Under the pieces are notes generated by a model. That model was not told where the DNA came from and searched no databases. It worked only from the letters and a program-made list of their open reading frames with translations. A DNA stretch of 64,000 nucleotides from Octopus bimaculoides (taxonomy: Eukaryota), in assembly GCF_001194135.2 (NCBI RefSeq), contig NC_068987.1, positions 64,133,323 through 64,197,322 of the forward strand. The letters run 5' to 3'. Made by a program: the position numbers and the translations under genes. Positions within the stretch are counted from its first letter, which is position 1, and every line of letters starts with the position of its first letter. Below, piece after piece: positions 40,736-54,244 of the stretch.

Positions 40736-41506
40736 NNNNNNNNNNNNNNNNNNNNNNNNNNNNNNNNNNNNNNNNNNNNNNNNNNNNNNNNNNNNNNNNN
40801 NNNNNNNNNNNNNNNNTATATATATATATATCCCTCAATAAAACCTAAGTTGATATGCTTTTGTTAAAGATGTTTATATAAATAATAAATTTATATTCAG
40901 ACAACCTTTTGCAAATATCGTTCTTTCTAAAAGCATTTTTTTAAATAAATAAACACACACACACACACACACACACACTTATATGTATATACACACGAGT
41001 GCATGCGCGCACGTACAACATCACGATTAATTTCGCAAGTTATATTTAGCAAAATTAGAATTTAATTTTATGTTTTGCGGAAAAATTAACGATGAACATT
41101 TGTTACTTCCATAAAATGAAAGGAAATCTTCGGCTGATTCTCAAGAGTAAGAGGGGAAAAAATGAGAAAGAGAGGGTGGGCCATATTACCGTCTTTTACT
41201 ATAAATTTATATTTTCATTAGTGCGCTGCTTTGTTACAAACATTTCTACAACACGAAAGAACCTTATAGTATTTCATTTCGCTCCTTTAACTCTTAAGAA
41301 AAATCCCTAGAGAGTTTAATTTTGCAGCATATTCCTTGGAGAGTGATAAAATTAGTTACAGTAATTAACCACACTAAACGTCGATTTAATCAGCAGTAGA
41401 AATAACATTGGAGTTATATTAAACTATCATATTATTGTTAACACAGATTTGTTTATATATTTATTTATATATCTTCTTATTGATGTAATTATGTGTAGAT
41501 ATACAG

Positions 41507-41525
41507 GTGCATCATTGATTTTGCG
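41507..41525 (+). CDS. Candidate 19-nt micro-exon, ASLIL(R)
   Basis: atacag acceptor, CG|gtaact donor, phase 1-2, compatible with 44261-44277. Confidence 0.3.
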
Positions 41526-41619
41526 GTAACTGAAGACACGAAATGTCTTTTAATCTGGACGTAATTTTCTGCAAGCAGGTCACACTGGCGTGAGATTTAA
41601 TTTTGAATATTTGCACATG

Positions 41620-41940
41620 GGTATGGCTGTGTGGCAAGAAGCTTGCTTCCCAACCACATGGTTCCGGTTCAGTCCCACTGCGGGGCAACTAAAGCAAGTG
41701 TCTTCTACTATAGCCACGGGCAGACCAAAGTCTTATGAGTTGATTTGGTGGACGGAAAAACCAAACGAAACCTGTCATATGTGTGTGAGTGAGTCTTTGT
41801 GTCTGTATTTGTCTCCCACCACCGCTTGACAACCAGTGTCAGTGTGTTTACGTACCTATAACCTAGTGATTCGGCAAAAGGGGCCGATAGAATAGGTACC
41901 AGGTGTTAAAAAAAAAATAAGTGCTGGAGTCGATTAGACT
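41620..41940 (+). mobile_element. SINE family B, diverged
   Basis: TGGCTGTGTGG..GGTTCAGTCCCACTGC head and family-B body. Confidence 0.85.
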
Positions 41941-42330
41941 GAGCGTTCTACCACTGTATTACTCATATACATGCAAACACATTCACATATGTTCTATAAT
42001 AAATACACATTCAATAAACCTGCGCATATAAAAACACATTTACCGATTTACACGTTTATTCACTAAAGGCAATAATTCATTCACTGCCCCCGGAAGCAAA
42101 GTGTGGATTTTAAAGCAACCGGAAAAACGAATTATTAAGATTAACGTTAAACAAGCTCATTTTGAAATCCTCTCAATGTGTACACAAACTAGTGTACTGA
42201 AGTAGGCAAGTGAGCCTGAATGTGTTAAACATGTTTTATTTTACTGTTCCATTTTCACGCAGGAGAAAGTTCCAACCATTTCTTTAGACAATATCTCTGC
42301 TGCTGCATACACATACACATACATGTATAC

Positions 42331-42381
<51 letters not shown>

Positions 42382-42503
42382 NNNNNNNNNNNNNNNNNNN
42401 NNNNNNNNNNNNNNNNNNNNNNNNNNNNNNNNNNNNNNNNNNNNNNNNNNNNNNNNNNNNNNNNNNNNNNNNNNNNNNNNNNNNNNNNNNNNNNNNNNNN
42501 NNN

Positions 42504-42560
<57 letters not shown>

Positions 42561-43089
42561 TACATACACAAATTAATATAAACAACTGGGCGCAATATAA
42601 TACCATAAAGGAAAAATTTTATCGTCACTAATTGTAACTGAGGATGTTGAAGCACCTATATTGCAAGAAATAAGAGTTAAAATCTCTTAATGTTATAAGA
42701 AGTGCACAATATATATACGATATAATGTGCACATGCACGTGTATTATAGTTATATTTACGATTAATTATCGCTTTCAGAATGTGTGTGTGTCTGTGTGTG
42801 TGTGTAAATGCATGTGTGCGTATGTTTTTGCATATATAATTTTTATCACCAGACTTAAAATGTGGATTAAATTTCTCCAGTGTGTTTTCTTTTCTTATAC
42901 GTAATTAAAATAATATTAGTAACAAAGGATTTCATAATGTGTTTCTTTCTGCAGTGTGACTATATTTGTGGATAACAACTTTTTGAGAGATGCTTGATAA
43001 AAGATTTCAAACATATTCCACAGTGCATTATTAAAATACATGTTTCACAATAATAGGGCTATTTTCCCGATATTTGTTTTTAGCCTGAA

Positions 43090-43445
43090 GAGAACTAAGC
43101 CGTTATGAGTGAGGGGTGGTAATATTTTCAAGGAGATGCTTTCCTATAAATCTCGCAGCGAAGGAACGGTATTCGTCAAAATATCTGCAGAAAGGCTTCT
43201 CATCACCATATTACGGTCCAGCATTTCAGTTCACAACACTCCAAATTCCAGTACACCTAAGATCCACAATTTGCATTAACAAATTTCATTGACAAACGTC
43301 GAAGGGACCAAGACTGCATTTTTTTTCAAAAGCCCTACTTTAATCACGGACCATTTTTTAGCAGAAGCATTGGATCTTCACGGATTGAGACCGGAAGAAT
43401 GTTATATACACTCAAAGAAGAAACACTAAGAACGCTGATTCTTAT
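43090..43445 (+). mobile_element. Helitron PIF1-like helicase C-terminal remnant
   Basis: FQFTTLQIPVHLRSTICINKFH*QT, then after a frameshift QKPYFNHGPFF, resembles the Helitron motif F.R.QFP..LAFAMTINKSQGQT..P.FSHGQLY. Confidence 0.55.
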
Positions 43446-44011
43446 GAAGAACATCGCAGATAATTAATTCTTTGTTTTAGCTAGGTAATAGTTTAGGAAT
43501 GATGCATCACTGTTATGAAGAATATAATTAATATGTTTAAAACTATATANNNNNNNNNNNNNNNNNNNNNNNNNNNNNNNNNNNNNNNNNNNNNNNNNNN
43601 NNNNNNNNNNNNNNNNNNNNNNNNNNNNNNNNNNNNNNNNNNNNNNNNNNNNNNNNNNNNNNNNNNNNNNNNNNNNNNNNNNNNNNNNNNNNNNNNNNNN
43701 NNNNNNNNNNNNNNNNNNNNNNNNNNNNNNNNNNNNNNNNNNNNNNNNNNNNNNNNNNNNNNNNNNNNNNNNNNNNNNNNNNNNNNNNNNNNNNNNNNNN
43801 NNNNNNNNNNNNNNNNNNNNNNNNNNNNNNNNNNNNNNNNNNNNNNNNNNNNNNNNNNNNNNNNNNNNNNNNNNNNNNNNNNNNNNNNNNNNNNNNNNNN
43901 NNNNNNNNNNNNNNNNNNNNNNNNNNNNNNNNNNNNNNNNNNNNNNNNNNNNNNNNNNNNNNNNNNNNNNNNNNNNNNNNNNNNNNNNNNNNNNNNNNNN
44001 NNNNNNNNNNN

Positions 44012-44186
44012 GTGGTGTGTTTACGTCCCCGTAACTTAGCGGTTCGGTAAAAAGACACCGATAGAATAAGTATTAGGCTTACAAAGAATAAGTCCTGGGG
44101 TCGATTTGCTCGACTAAAGGCGGTGCTCCAGCATGGCCACAATCAAATGACTGAAACAAGTAAAAGAGTAAAAGAGTAAAGAGTAA
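44012..44186 (+). mobile_element. SINE family B 3' part emerging from an N gap
   Basis: GGTGTGTTTACGTCCCCGTAACTTAGCGG..(GTAAAAGA)n tail. Confidence 0.9.
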
Positions 44187-44260
44187 TAGAGTACATATAT
44201 ATATATATGCAAATTTGGCATAATATTTCTTTTAAATGACCATCAATTGAGTCTCTGCAG

Positions 44261-44277
44261 CAACGCCGAGCATCCAG
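44261..44277 (+). CDS. Candidate 17-nt micro-exon, NAEHP
   Basis: gtctctgcag acceptor, CAG|gtaatt donor, phase 2-1. Confidence 0.35.
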
Positions 44278-44589
44278 GTAATTTTAAGGGCGAGACAATT
44301 TTCGACTGGTATAAGGGAGTAAGCTGGAAGCGGGTCTTGGATTTAGGAAACTTGCTAAAAATGCGGATAAAAATCCGAGAATATAAGGAATGAAATAGAC
44401 AAAACACATACTACGATCGTTTCATAGCTAAAACAGTGTTTGCTACATTAGTTGTAACACACATAGAATTTGCTTAGCTAAATTCGGGTCCTATTGCCTA
44501 TTAGTTGTTTTCATTGTCACGTGTGCACACATACTCGCGCACGCACAGAGACACACGCACTCGTACACGGACACACACATACATACATG

Positions 44590-44633
<44 letters not shown>

Positions 44634-45069
44634 NNNNNNNNNNNNNNNNNNNNNNNNNNNNNNNNNNNNNNNNNNNNNNNNNNNNNNNNNNNNNNNNNNN
44701 NNNNNNNNNNNNNNNNNNNNNNNNNNNNNNNNNNNNNNNNNNNNNNNNNNNNNNNNNNNNNNNNNNNNNNNNNNNNNNNNNNNNNNNNNNNNNNNNNNNN
44801 NNNNNNNNNNNNNNNNNNNNNNNNNNNNNNNNNNNNNNNNNNNNNNNNNNNNNNNNNNNNNNNNNNNNNNNNNNNNNNNNNNNATTATGGACAAAGTGAC
44901 AGGACTGAATGTGAATGAAATAGAAAGAAAACGAGAAGCGAGAAATATATATTCCATGTTTGTGGTTTTTGTACATGTATATAAATACATATCTATACAA
45001 AGCCATCTAATAATAGCCTAATGAAATATGAATTAAAATATAAAATATAGTATTTTAAGTAGGTGTCTA

Positions 45070-45116
<47 letters not shown>

Positions 45117-45859
45117 TCATATATCCTTGAATGTGTACTCATGTGTATGTGTTGTGTGTGTATGAGTGTGTGTGCATCGGTAAGCTTCCAGTCCGTGTCT
45201 GGTGTCTGAAGGAAACCATACGGGAATTCAAACGATAGTATCTATCCAGACCATCTGAGTTGTACCATGTAAACATTATTCTTTAATGATGCTTGAATGG
45301 GTTGACGCCTTTCGCATTTAATCACTTTTTAACAATCTACCATTGAACAAAATATCGTTAATAATTTTTTGATATTCTTTCATTAAAATAAAAGTTTGTC
45401 CTGCGTCAAGCAACTGAAATTACTTGCAGTCTTGAAAGCGTATTAACAGTTATTGGCGGGAAAACCGTTTTGTCACGATTTGACAACGATTAGCAGTTGC
45501 TGCTCAGTTTGATTCAATGAAATTACCACAGATTTAGAGAAAAAATGTAATGTCTAGTAGTCCACTGACATCACTGAGAGCTCGGTTCGATTTGTTTTTA
45601 TAAACAACATGTGACATAGACCATGCTTATGACGTTCTAGTGTACAGGATTACCTTAAAAATAAGTGTACAGACAAACACACATACACATGACTGCGTTT
45701 GTTTTTTATATAACAAATTGTATATAAGACAATGTAACATTATATTGTTTCTATACATGTATGTATGTTTATTTACATGTCACTAGCCACTTTACGTTCT
45801 TTCTCATCCCAATTTTGTTTAGATATTCATAAATACATATACGCGCACATGCATATATA

Positions 45860-45906
<47 letters not shown>

Positions 45907-45946
45907 ATATGTATATGTGTATATATATGTATGTATATACATGTGC

Positions 45947-45993
<47 letters not shown>

Positions 45994-46015
45994 GCACTTA
46001 TTTACTCGCCGACAG

Positions 46016-46085
46016 AAGGACTTAACGAAAAGATGATATCACAGTTTGTAAACGGGGAACAGAGTACTGTGACAAACATGGCAAG
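46016..46085 (+). CDS. Candidate 70-nt coding exon, (E)GLNEKMISQFVNGEQSTVTNMA(R)
   Basis: cacttatttactcgccgacag acceptor and AAG|gtaatt donor. Only one frame is open (phase 1-2), and it joins in frame to 49753. Confidence 0.55.
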
Positions 46086-46381
46086 GTAATTTATCTGAGA
46101 TTGTAACGATTCCGCCGATTTACGATTTACGATTTACGATTTACCGCGTCTTTTTGTATCTGGAATAAAGAAAAATTAAATCGGAAAATCTTTGCCGATT
46201 TAGCTGCAGCTAGTTTGTTGCAGAGAATTAGGTAGCAATTATTAAGCCGTACCGTGTTTGGTGGCGGCTAGTGGGCTACAATTAGACCGTCCTGAAATCG
46301 AAGGAACGAATAATCTATCAAGCTTAAGGTGCAACACCCTTCGTTTAAGCCCGTATATATTCACCTCTTCTATCTCGTGAT

Positions 46382-46599
46382 TTATAAGCTCTCGCCGTTG
46401 TCGTTGTTATTGTTGCTGTTTGCATCCATACGGTTGTCGCTTGGAATTCTGCCGTTCCTAGTTTTCTTTGGTTTCTTTTTGATATTGGTGTCATCCCCTC
46501 CCCAGTATGTTGCACGAGAGCGATCCCACACATATTTACTGTTACACTTAGGTTCAATTTCCGTATAAAACCACTCTTGCACTTTGGCAAGCAAAACTT
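46382..46599 (-). CDS. Competing candidate terminal exon on the minus strand, VLLAKVQEWFYTEIEPKCNSKYVWDRSRATYWGG..NGESL*
   Basis: catttccccttag acceptor and a protein-like composition. It lies inside an intron of the plus-strand model, and part of it mirrors a pyrimidine tract. Confidence 0.3.
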
Positions 46600-46754
46600 C
46601 TAAGGGGAAATGACGGTCTCTGTGCTACTGCTACCACAGCTGACGTGACTGTCTCTTAATTTTACACCCTTCCACTCTTCTCAAAAAATTAAATGAAATG
46701 CACTGACAAGTTACAAAGCGTCCAGGTTTATGGTAAAAAAAGGTTTAGTAAGAA

Positions 46755-46822
<68 letters not shown>

Positions 46823-46834
46823 TAATAATAATAA

Positions 46835-47625
46835 ACGCGTTGATGGAATACAAGGCGGTGGTTCGCATGGCTTTTGTTCTTAATTGATTTATAGTGTTAA
46901 CATGTACATGTTTTACTACGGTATAAAAGATGGGCTACAGCAAATAGGCTGCTTAATGGTACAGATTTGCTTGTCATTTGCTTGACCTTAACCATTTGAG
47001 CATGTGCCTTAGTGGCTGACAATATGTGTATCTCTGAAGGGCGGCGAGCTGGCAGAATCGTTAAGCACGCCGGGCGAAATGCTTAGCGGTATTTCATCTG
47101 CCGTTACGTTCTGAGTTCAAATTTCGCCGAGGTCATCTTTGCCATTCATCCTTTCGGGGTCGATAAAATAAGTACCAGTTACGCACTGGTGTCGATGTAA
47201 TAGACGTAATCTGTCCTTGTTTGTCCCCTCTATGTTCAACACCCTGTGGGTAATAAAGAAATAAATATATGTATCTCTGAGTTGTGGGGGTGGGAAACAC
47301 CTTAGTCATGTGTTGAGTGAGATTCTTCGGGCTTTGAATTATTCAACCCTGGAAACATGGGTCTTTCATACATCATCTTTAAACAACCCTTACTCATAGT
47401 AATTTTGAGTGGGATGGGCTACTCGACCTGGGGAAAATACTAAGTGGGCCCCGCCTGCGAGGTCAGGTGCTGTTTGTCTTGATATGAGGTGACCATATCG
47501 AGCACAGACGGTTGTGATGCATGAGCTTTGTGTACCCTTATCAGACAGGTAGTCATAATATGTATATTGGGCTTCGTATATTTTACCCCAGTGTCACTTT
47601 GATGGCGTGTGCGGCTCTTTCACGC
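46835..47625 (+). mobile_element. Non-coding element flanked by (TAA)n, sharing its 3' roughly 335 bp with the Dong-like element, interrupted by a SINE
   Basis: 47290-47625 aligns by eye to the reverse complement of 14813-15138 (e.g. TATTGGGCTTCGTATATTTTACCCCAGTGTCACTTTGATG). The 5' part differs. Confidence 0.72.
47038..47264 (+). mobile_element. Family-A SINE (long tail) with a 16-bp TSD
   Basis: ATAT(G/A)TGTATCTCTGA at 47022-47037 and 47265-47280. Confidence 0.92.
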
Positions 47626-47673
47626 AATAATAATAATAATAATAATAATGATAATAATAATAATAATAGTAAT

Positions 47674-47888
47674 TCTTTCTACTATAGGCACAAGGCCTGA
47701 AATTTGGGGAGAGGGGACTAGCCAATTGCATCTACTCCAGTGTTTCACTGGTACATAATTTATCTATCCTGAAAGAATGAAAGGCAAAGTCGTCGTTGGC
47801 GGAATTTGAACCCAGAACTTGAAGACGGCCGAAATACCACCAAGCGTTTCGCCCGGCGTGCTAACGATTCTGCCAGGTCGCCGCCTTA
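47674..47888 (-). mobile_element. Family-A SINE
   Basis: Direct match, adjoining (TAA)n. Confidence 0.9.
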
Positions 47889-48173
47889 GTAACCATAACC
47901 ATATTAATAATAATAATGATAAAATATATCTATAATAAGTGCTTAGGTTTGATTTTTAAAAAAATCATCCATATAAATACATATCCAAAATACTGGGAAT
48001 ACGAATATGTAAATGACTTACAGAAAATACCACTGCTAGGCATGCACACATCCTCTGCAGCGCACTTTCAATACAGCGAAAATAACATCAAAAGAAACCG
48101 CAGCACATACTTAAAACACACAAAATTGCACTCAGTAGAGCAATAAAAGCGCGCGATAAAAATAAAACTATTG

Positions 48174-48186
48174 AATGATGATGATA

Positions 48187-48225
<39 letters not shown>

Positions 48226-48312
48226 CTGATGATGATGATGATGACGACGATGATGTTGATGATGATAATGATGATGATAATGATGATGATAATGATGACG
48301 ATGACGATGATG
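48174..48312. repeat. (ATG)n microsatellite
   Basis: Seen directly. It explains the poly-M, poly-H and poly-S ORFs. Confidence 0.97.
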
Positions 48313-48757
48313 GTGCACAAGAACCCAAATCTTAGAGTAGGACATGGTCGATTATATTGACCTAAGTACTAGACTGGATGGATGGAAGGCAAAGCTTACC
48401 TTCGTGGGAATTTCACTTTAAACGTAAATAGTGAGGAAATAAAGAACATCATGATGATGATGATGATGATGATGATAGCGGTGTAACCCTAAAAACCGTA
48501 TAGTCCACTAACATCATCCTGTATGATGAAGAAGTCTGAAATTTCGTTGAGAAAAGCAAGGAAAAGAAAAAAAAAAAAGAAAAACTAAAGAACGAAAGAA
48601 GAAAACAAATCTGAATCAAAAGACATTTCGCTAACGGTTAACACATGACGAAAAGGCGGTGAAATTCAATTTGTAAGTATATCCGGATTGAGTGAGCTCT
48701 CTATGTGGAACTAATTTCCTTTAGTAATACATCGCCGCGTCTCACCGTGTTTCAGCT

Positions 48758-48831
<74 letters not shown>

Positions 48832-49424
48832 TGTGTATATATATATGTGTGTGTGTGTGTGTGTGATATTAATAAAGTGACAGTAATAAAAAGCAAAGAA
48901 AATGTCCGAAAGTAAATGCTGAATAGCATTAAGAAAGAAAAGTTTGCTAAATGTTCGCAGAGAGAGGGCATGCAACGAAAAGAGAGAGAGAGAGAGAGAG
49001 AGAGCAACAGAGAGTGAGGGACAAGGAAGTGTGATGTTTTATAATTATTTTCTTTTTGTTTTGCTTTGCGTTTTTTTTTTCCTAAGATTTTTAAAATTTA
49101 CTTTTTATTTTTGATTTTCTATGTGTGTCTCTAATGGAAAGAGAACACGCACAAAAACATGCCTGTGGCATTCGGTCGTTCTGACGGAAGAAACGGAAGC
49201 TGCGATCACAACAGATGACCTTATATACATTTACCTACCTCGCATAGAATAACAATTGTAAATTATACGATATTTTTCTTATACAACCGAAGAGGTTTTC
49301 TTTGTGCATTGTTTGATACAAAACATTTGTATCTGATGTGTCCACCAGACAGGTGGTGTTTTCAATATAAAGCCATACATACATACATATGTATATGCTG
49401 ACAGTTACACGCTCACACACACAC

Positions 49425-49492
<68 letters not shown>

Positions 49493-49752
49493 GGATAGAT
49501 AGATAGATATCAGATTGAGTTTGAAAGACTATACCATCTCGTTGTATACTATTGTATGAGAACATAAAAATTATAGTAGCTCAAATTTAAATATTATGTT
49601 TATTGGATGTGTGCTGTGTGTGTGAGCATGCATATTTATATGTATGTAGTGCGTATGTGTGTGTGAGTGTGTGTGTGTAGTTTGTTATTGTGGCTGTGGA
49701 TTAGACCCACGTTAGAAAAAAGAACCGTTTGACCTATGTTCTACTCCAACAG

Positions 49753-49818
49753 GTTCCTACAATGTCACTATCACGGTGTATCTTGGACTACATTAGCTAT
49801 TATATCCTTCTTCTTACG
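49753..49818 (+). CDS. Candidate 66-nt coding exon, (R)FLQCHYHGVSWTTLAIISFFL(R)
   Basis: ctatgttctactccaacag acceptor, CG|gtaata donor, phase 2-2. The phase-0 frame is also open. Confidence 0.5.
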
Positions 49819-49959
49819 GTAATAAGATCATGACAGGAAAGAACTTACATTGTTAAATCAAGGATAGTCGCTCTGATGGACAAGCATATATATGCATACA
49901 TACATACGTACATACATACATACATACATACATAAATATATATATATACGTATGTGTGC

Positions 49960-50036
<77 letters not shown>

Positions 50037-50454
50037 ATTTAATAGACACAGTACATGTTTTTACGTGCTACTTATAGTTTCATATGTTGAGAAATACTTC
50101 ACACATAATCATCAGGCGCAAACCACATATCATAACGAACGAGAATGGGAGAAGAAATGCGAAAAGTTAAGAAGGGAGCATATAGAAAACGTGCAAGGTT
50201 AAAAACGGAGAACGAAAAGTAAAAAGTATATATATGTGCGATTTTCCTTCGCTTTCCCCAATTCGGATACCATGTCCGATCATTTGGAACCGGTCACAGC
50301 TGTCATCCACATCAAATACTATATCATAGTCTCTTAAAACTAACTAATGATACAGTTCTGTATAAGCATGGCGTGTAGAAACAGAATTATGTTGCAGTAC
50401 ATAATCGATGATTTCTCATATATTCGTAATTTGATGGATAATAATCATGTACAC

Positions 50455-50516
<62 letters not shown>

Positions 50517-50762
50517 NNNNNNNNNNNNNNNNNNNNNNNNNNNNNNNNNNNNNNNNNNNNNNNNNNNNNNNNNNNNNNNNNNNNNNNNNNNNNNNNNNNN
50601 NNNNNNNNNNNNNNNNNNNNNNNNNNNNNNNNNNNNNNNNNNNNNNNNNNNNNNNNNNNNNNNNNNNNNNNNNNNNNNNNNNNNNNNNNNNNNNNNNNNN
50701 NNNNNNNNNNNNNNNNNNNNNNNNNNNNNNNNNNNNNNNNNNNNNNNNNNNNNNNNNNNNNN

Positions 50763-50806
<44 letters not shown>

Positions 50807-50963
50807 TAGTATCTGTGTCCCTTTGTGTTTGTGTTTATGTGAGTGATGTATGTGCAAAGAAGTGGTGTCGAAGTAGTCCGATAACCGTGAGATACATGTG
50901 GTTGAATCCCCCGAGTCAGACAAGAGAATCATTTAGGTACTACCTCACTTCACCGTAATTCAG

Positions 50964-51014
50964 GTACTTTCGCGACCAGCAACATCGGAACGTCCTACAC
51001 TTTCGGCGAGTTCG
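50964..51014 (+). CDS. Candidate 51-nt coding exon, (R)YFRDQQHRNVLHFRRV(R)
   Basis: ctacctcacttcaccgtaattcag acceptor, CG|gtaaat donor, CpG-rich. All three frames are open, so the frame is taken from the neighbouring exons. Confidence 0.55.
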
Positions 51015-51260
51015 GTAAATCCTTAGTTTGCTACGTTTATTACGGAGGCGTATTCTGATCAACGGTGAACGCATCTAAACGTAGTGAAATAGGAATTCAC
51101 AAGTATAATAGTTATACAAACATAGTCTGCATTTGATGCTACTTGAAGGCTTCTTCGTACCGATCTGCAATCGGCTGATAATATGATATTTGAAATTTGC
51201 TTATGTATACACTGCTTTACTTTCCGATGAAAATAAAATACAGTGGTCATTATAAATTCA

Positions 51261-51587
51261 GTGGAAACGCAATGGCCCAGTGGTTAGGGCAGCGGACTCG
51301 CGGTCATAGGATCGCAGTTTCGATTCTCAGACCGGGCGTTGTGAGTGTTTATTGAGCGTAAAACACCTAAAGCTCCACGAGGCTCCGGCAGGGGATGGTG
51401 GCCAACCCTGCTGTGCTCTTTCACCACAACTTTCTCTTACTCTTACTTCCTGTTGCTGTTGTGCCTGTAATTCAAAGGGTCAGCCTTGTCACGCTGTGTC
51501 ACACTGAATATCCCCGAGAACTACGTTAAGGGTACACGTGTCTGTGGAGTGCTCAGTCACTTGCCCATTAATTTCACGAGCAGGCTG
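51261..51587 (+). mobile_element. SINE family C
   Basis: TGGCCCAGTGG A-box-like and GTTTCGATTC B-box-like motifs. Matches 18291-18665. Confidence 0.9.
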
Positions 51588-51609
51588 TGTTATAAATTCT
51601 ACACATAAG

Positions 51610-51647
51610 GATATATCAATATATAAAAAGATATGAAAATTTACCAG
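51610..51647 (+). CDS. Candidate 38-nt exon, (R)IYQYIKRYENLP
   Basis: ctacacataag acceptor, CAG|gtaact donor, phase 2-1, AT-rich. Confidence 0.3.
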
Positions 51648-52168
51648 GTAACTTCTTTCCACAAAAGTTATCCATCAAAAAATACTACCAAAAGTTCCTT
51701 TAAAAACAACCTTGTGATGAACCCATAAAAATGTACGAAACTGTGAAAAATTGCAACTAAAATAGAAACAGAAAGAGACATTGCATTTATTGTGTGCTGA
51801 GGGGAAATTTTTAATAATTGGGGAAGTATGCGAGGTATTTATGCTAATGTTGATATATTTGTGAGAGTCATTCGTGATTGTGATTATAAATATACTTGTA
51901 TTGAGTTAATAGAATATTAACTCTATTAATTTTGTATGGCAGTTTATGTGTTTGGTTTGTGTTTCTGATGAGGATGGGGACATCAGCGTGTCATGATTGG
52001 TTGTGAGAGGTTGATAAACTACACACACACAAACACACAAAAACTCACACACACACACATGTATAAGCAGCATAAATATATATCAACGTTTATGTGTATA
52101 TATATATATGCATATACATTTATATAAATATGTGTACGCATGTATATTTATATATGTGTGTGTATGTA

Positions 52169-52209
<41 letters not shown>

Positions 52210-52212
52210 AAT

Positions 52213-52400
52213 CCAAACATGAACAAGCAAGAAAAACAACAACACGAAGACGTGGAATGAGTACATTGTTACTGGACGCTCAGAAAGGGAAAGAAATGAA
52301 AGAGGACTTCACGTTTCGAGCGGAGCTCTTCATCAGAAATATAGAAAAAGTTCAAAGGGGAGACGGAGAAAGAAAATCGCCAACGATACACACGTGGTCA
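52213..52400 (-). mobile_element. Probable Penelope-type terminal fragment with a hammerhead-core-like motif
   Basis: Minus strand CTGATGA-A-GAGC-TCC-GCTC-GAAAC (52336-52313). No stem I is evident. Confidence 0.4.
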
Positions 52401-52449
52401 CATATATATGTGTGTTTGTGTGTGTGTGTGTGTATGTGTGTGTGTATGT

Positions 52450-52505
<56 letters not shown>

Positions 52506-52889
52506 NNNNNNNNNNNNNNNNNNNNNNNNNNNNNNNNNNNNNNNNNNNNNNNNNNNNNNNNNNNNNNNNNNNNNNNNNNNNNNNNNNNNNNNNNNNNNNN
52601 NNNNNNNNNNNNNNNNNNNNNNNNNNNNNNNNNNNNNNNNNNNNNNNNNNNNNNNNNNNNNNNNNNNNNNNNNNNNNNNNNNNNNNNNNNNNNNNNNNNN
52701 NNNNNNNNNNNNNNNNNNNNNNNNNNNNNNNNNNNNNNNNNNNNNNNNNNNNNNNNNNNNNNNNNNNNNNNNNNNNNNNNNNNNNNNNNNNNNNNNNNNN
52801 NNNNNNNNNNNNNNNNNNNNNNNNNNNNNNNNNNNNNNNNNNNNNNNNNNNNNNNNNNNNNNNNNNNNNNNNNNNNNNNNNNNNNNNNN

Positions 52890-52948
<59 letters not shown>

Positions 52949-53320
52949 TTACGGCTTTCCTGATAATTCTTTCACTTTAATCGTTAAATGTTTATAAATT
53001 ATTAGTTATCTAATTATTAAAGTGAAAAAAATTATCAGAAAAGCCATTTCTATTCATTTTTTGAAATATATAATACTCTCCCAACGACTTTCTATTCCTA
53101 ATTCTGCTATATACATACATATAAATATGTGTGTGTTGATCTTTTACAGAAGCCTCGAATTTTAGGCCTGTTTTCCTTCATAAGAAGGCTTTTAAGTCAC
53201 TCTCACCCTTCTTATTAAAGCTTGACAAACATCTACTCTAGTAAAGTTGTTTAATGTTAAGTTGTTCTGTATAGCACAAATAATAAAAGAAAACGAAAAT
53301 TAATCGGAATATACATACAT

Positions 53321-53419
<99 letters not shown>

Positions 53420-53511
53420 CTGCATTATATTGTTGTATTTTAAGTTATACAAATAGTTGAAACAGAGGGGTAAAATTTATGTCTAGCCGAACATTTGTGG
53501 TAGAAATCGTT

Positions 53512-53552
<41 letters not shown>

Positions 53553-53803
53553 AAGAGGGGAAATATCAACTGGTGTTGACGGATAAATAAATTAGAAGTA
53601 AGCTAGACGAGGTAGGGTTGGTAACAGAGGAAAGAGAAGTGGTAACAAACTATAGTGGAAGGGAACTAAAATCATAACCAGGATAGAATAAAAGCAACGC
53701 CAACAGATTTGAGAAACATTGAGAGGAGATATTGTCAATAGCAGGAAAACATACAGACATACGACCGTATGTGTACTCACACATGTATAGCTGTGTGTTT
53801 GTT

Positions 53804-53902
<99 letters not shown>

Positions 53903-54244
53903 ATGTATATACAGAACAGATGTGCTAAGCAATGTTGTGTACTAATATAAACTTTGTTACCAGTTCAAATATACTTGAGGTATATTCGAACCCGTAAGAA
54001 AGCTATTCACTGTATTTTGTTGTAGAAGTGAATTTCTTCCTGTAAAAAACTAGGTGTAAACACACTAAGTCAGTTCGAAGCGTCTCCTACCCATACTGAT
54101 GAATGGATACATTTCGGAGTAGTTATCTCCTCTGCAGCATTAAAAACTGGATAGAGAAGGCGCTACGGACTGACAAGCGATAGATCTCTTATTATACTCC
54201 AGTCAGTGTACTTTGACTAGTCGCGCTACTTTGCGGAAACAGTT

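Noticed and set aside
51261-51335. tRNA-like sequence as a tRNA gene (also the heads of families A and B)
   Set aside because: It continues directly into SINE bodies, occurs in many diverged copies, and shows no clean cloverleaf end.
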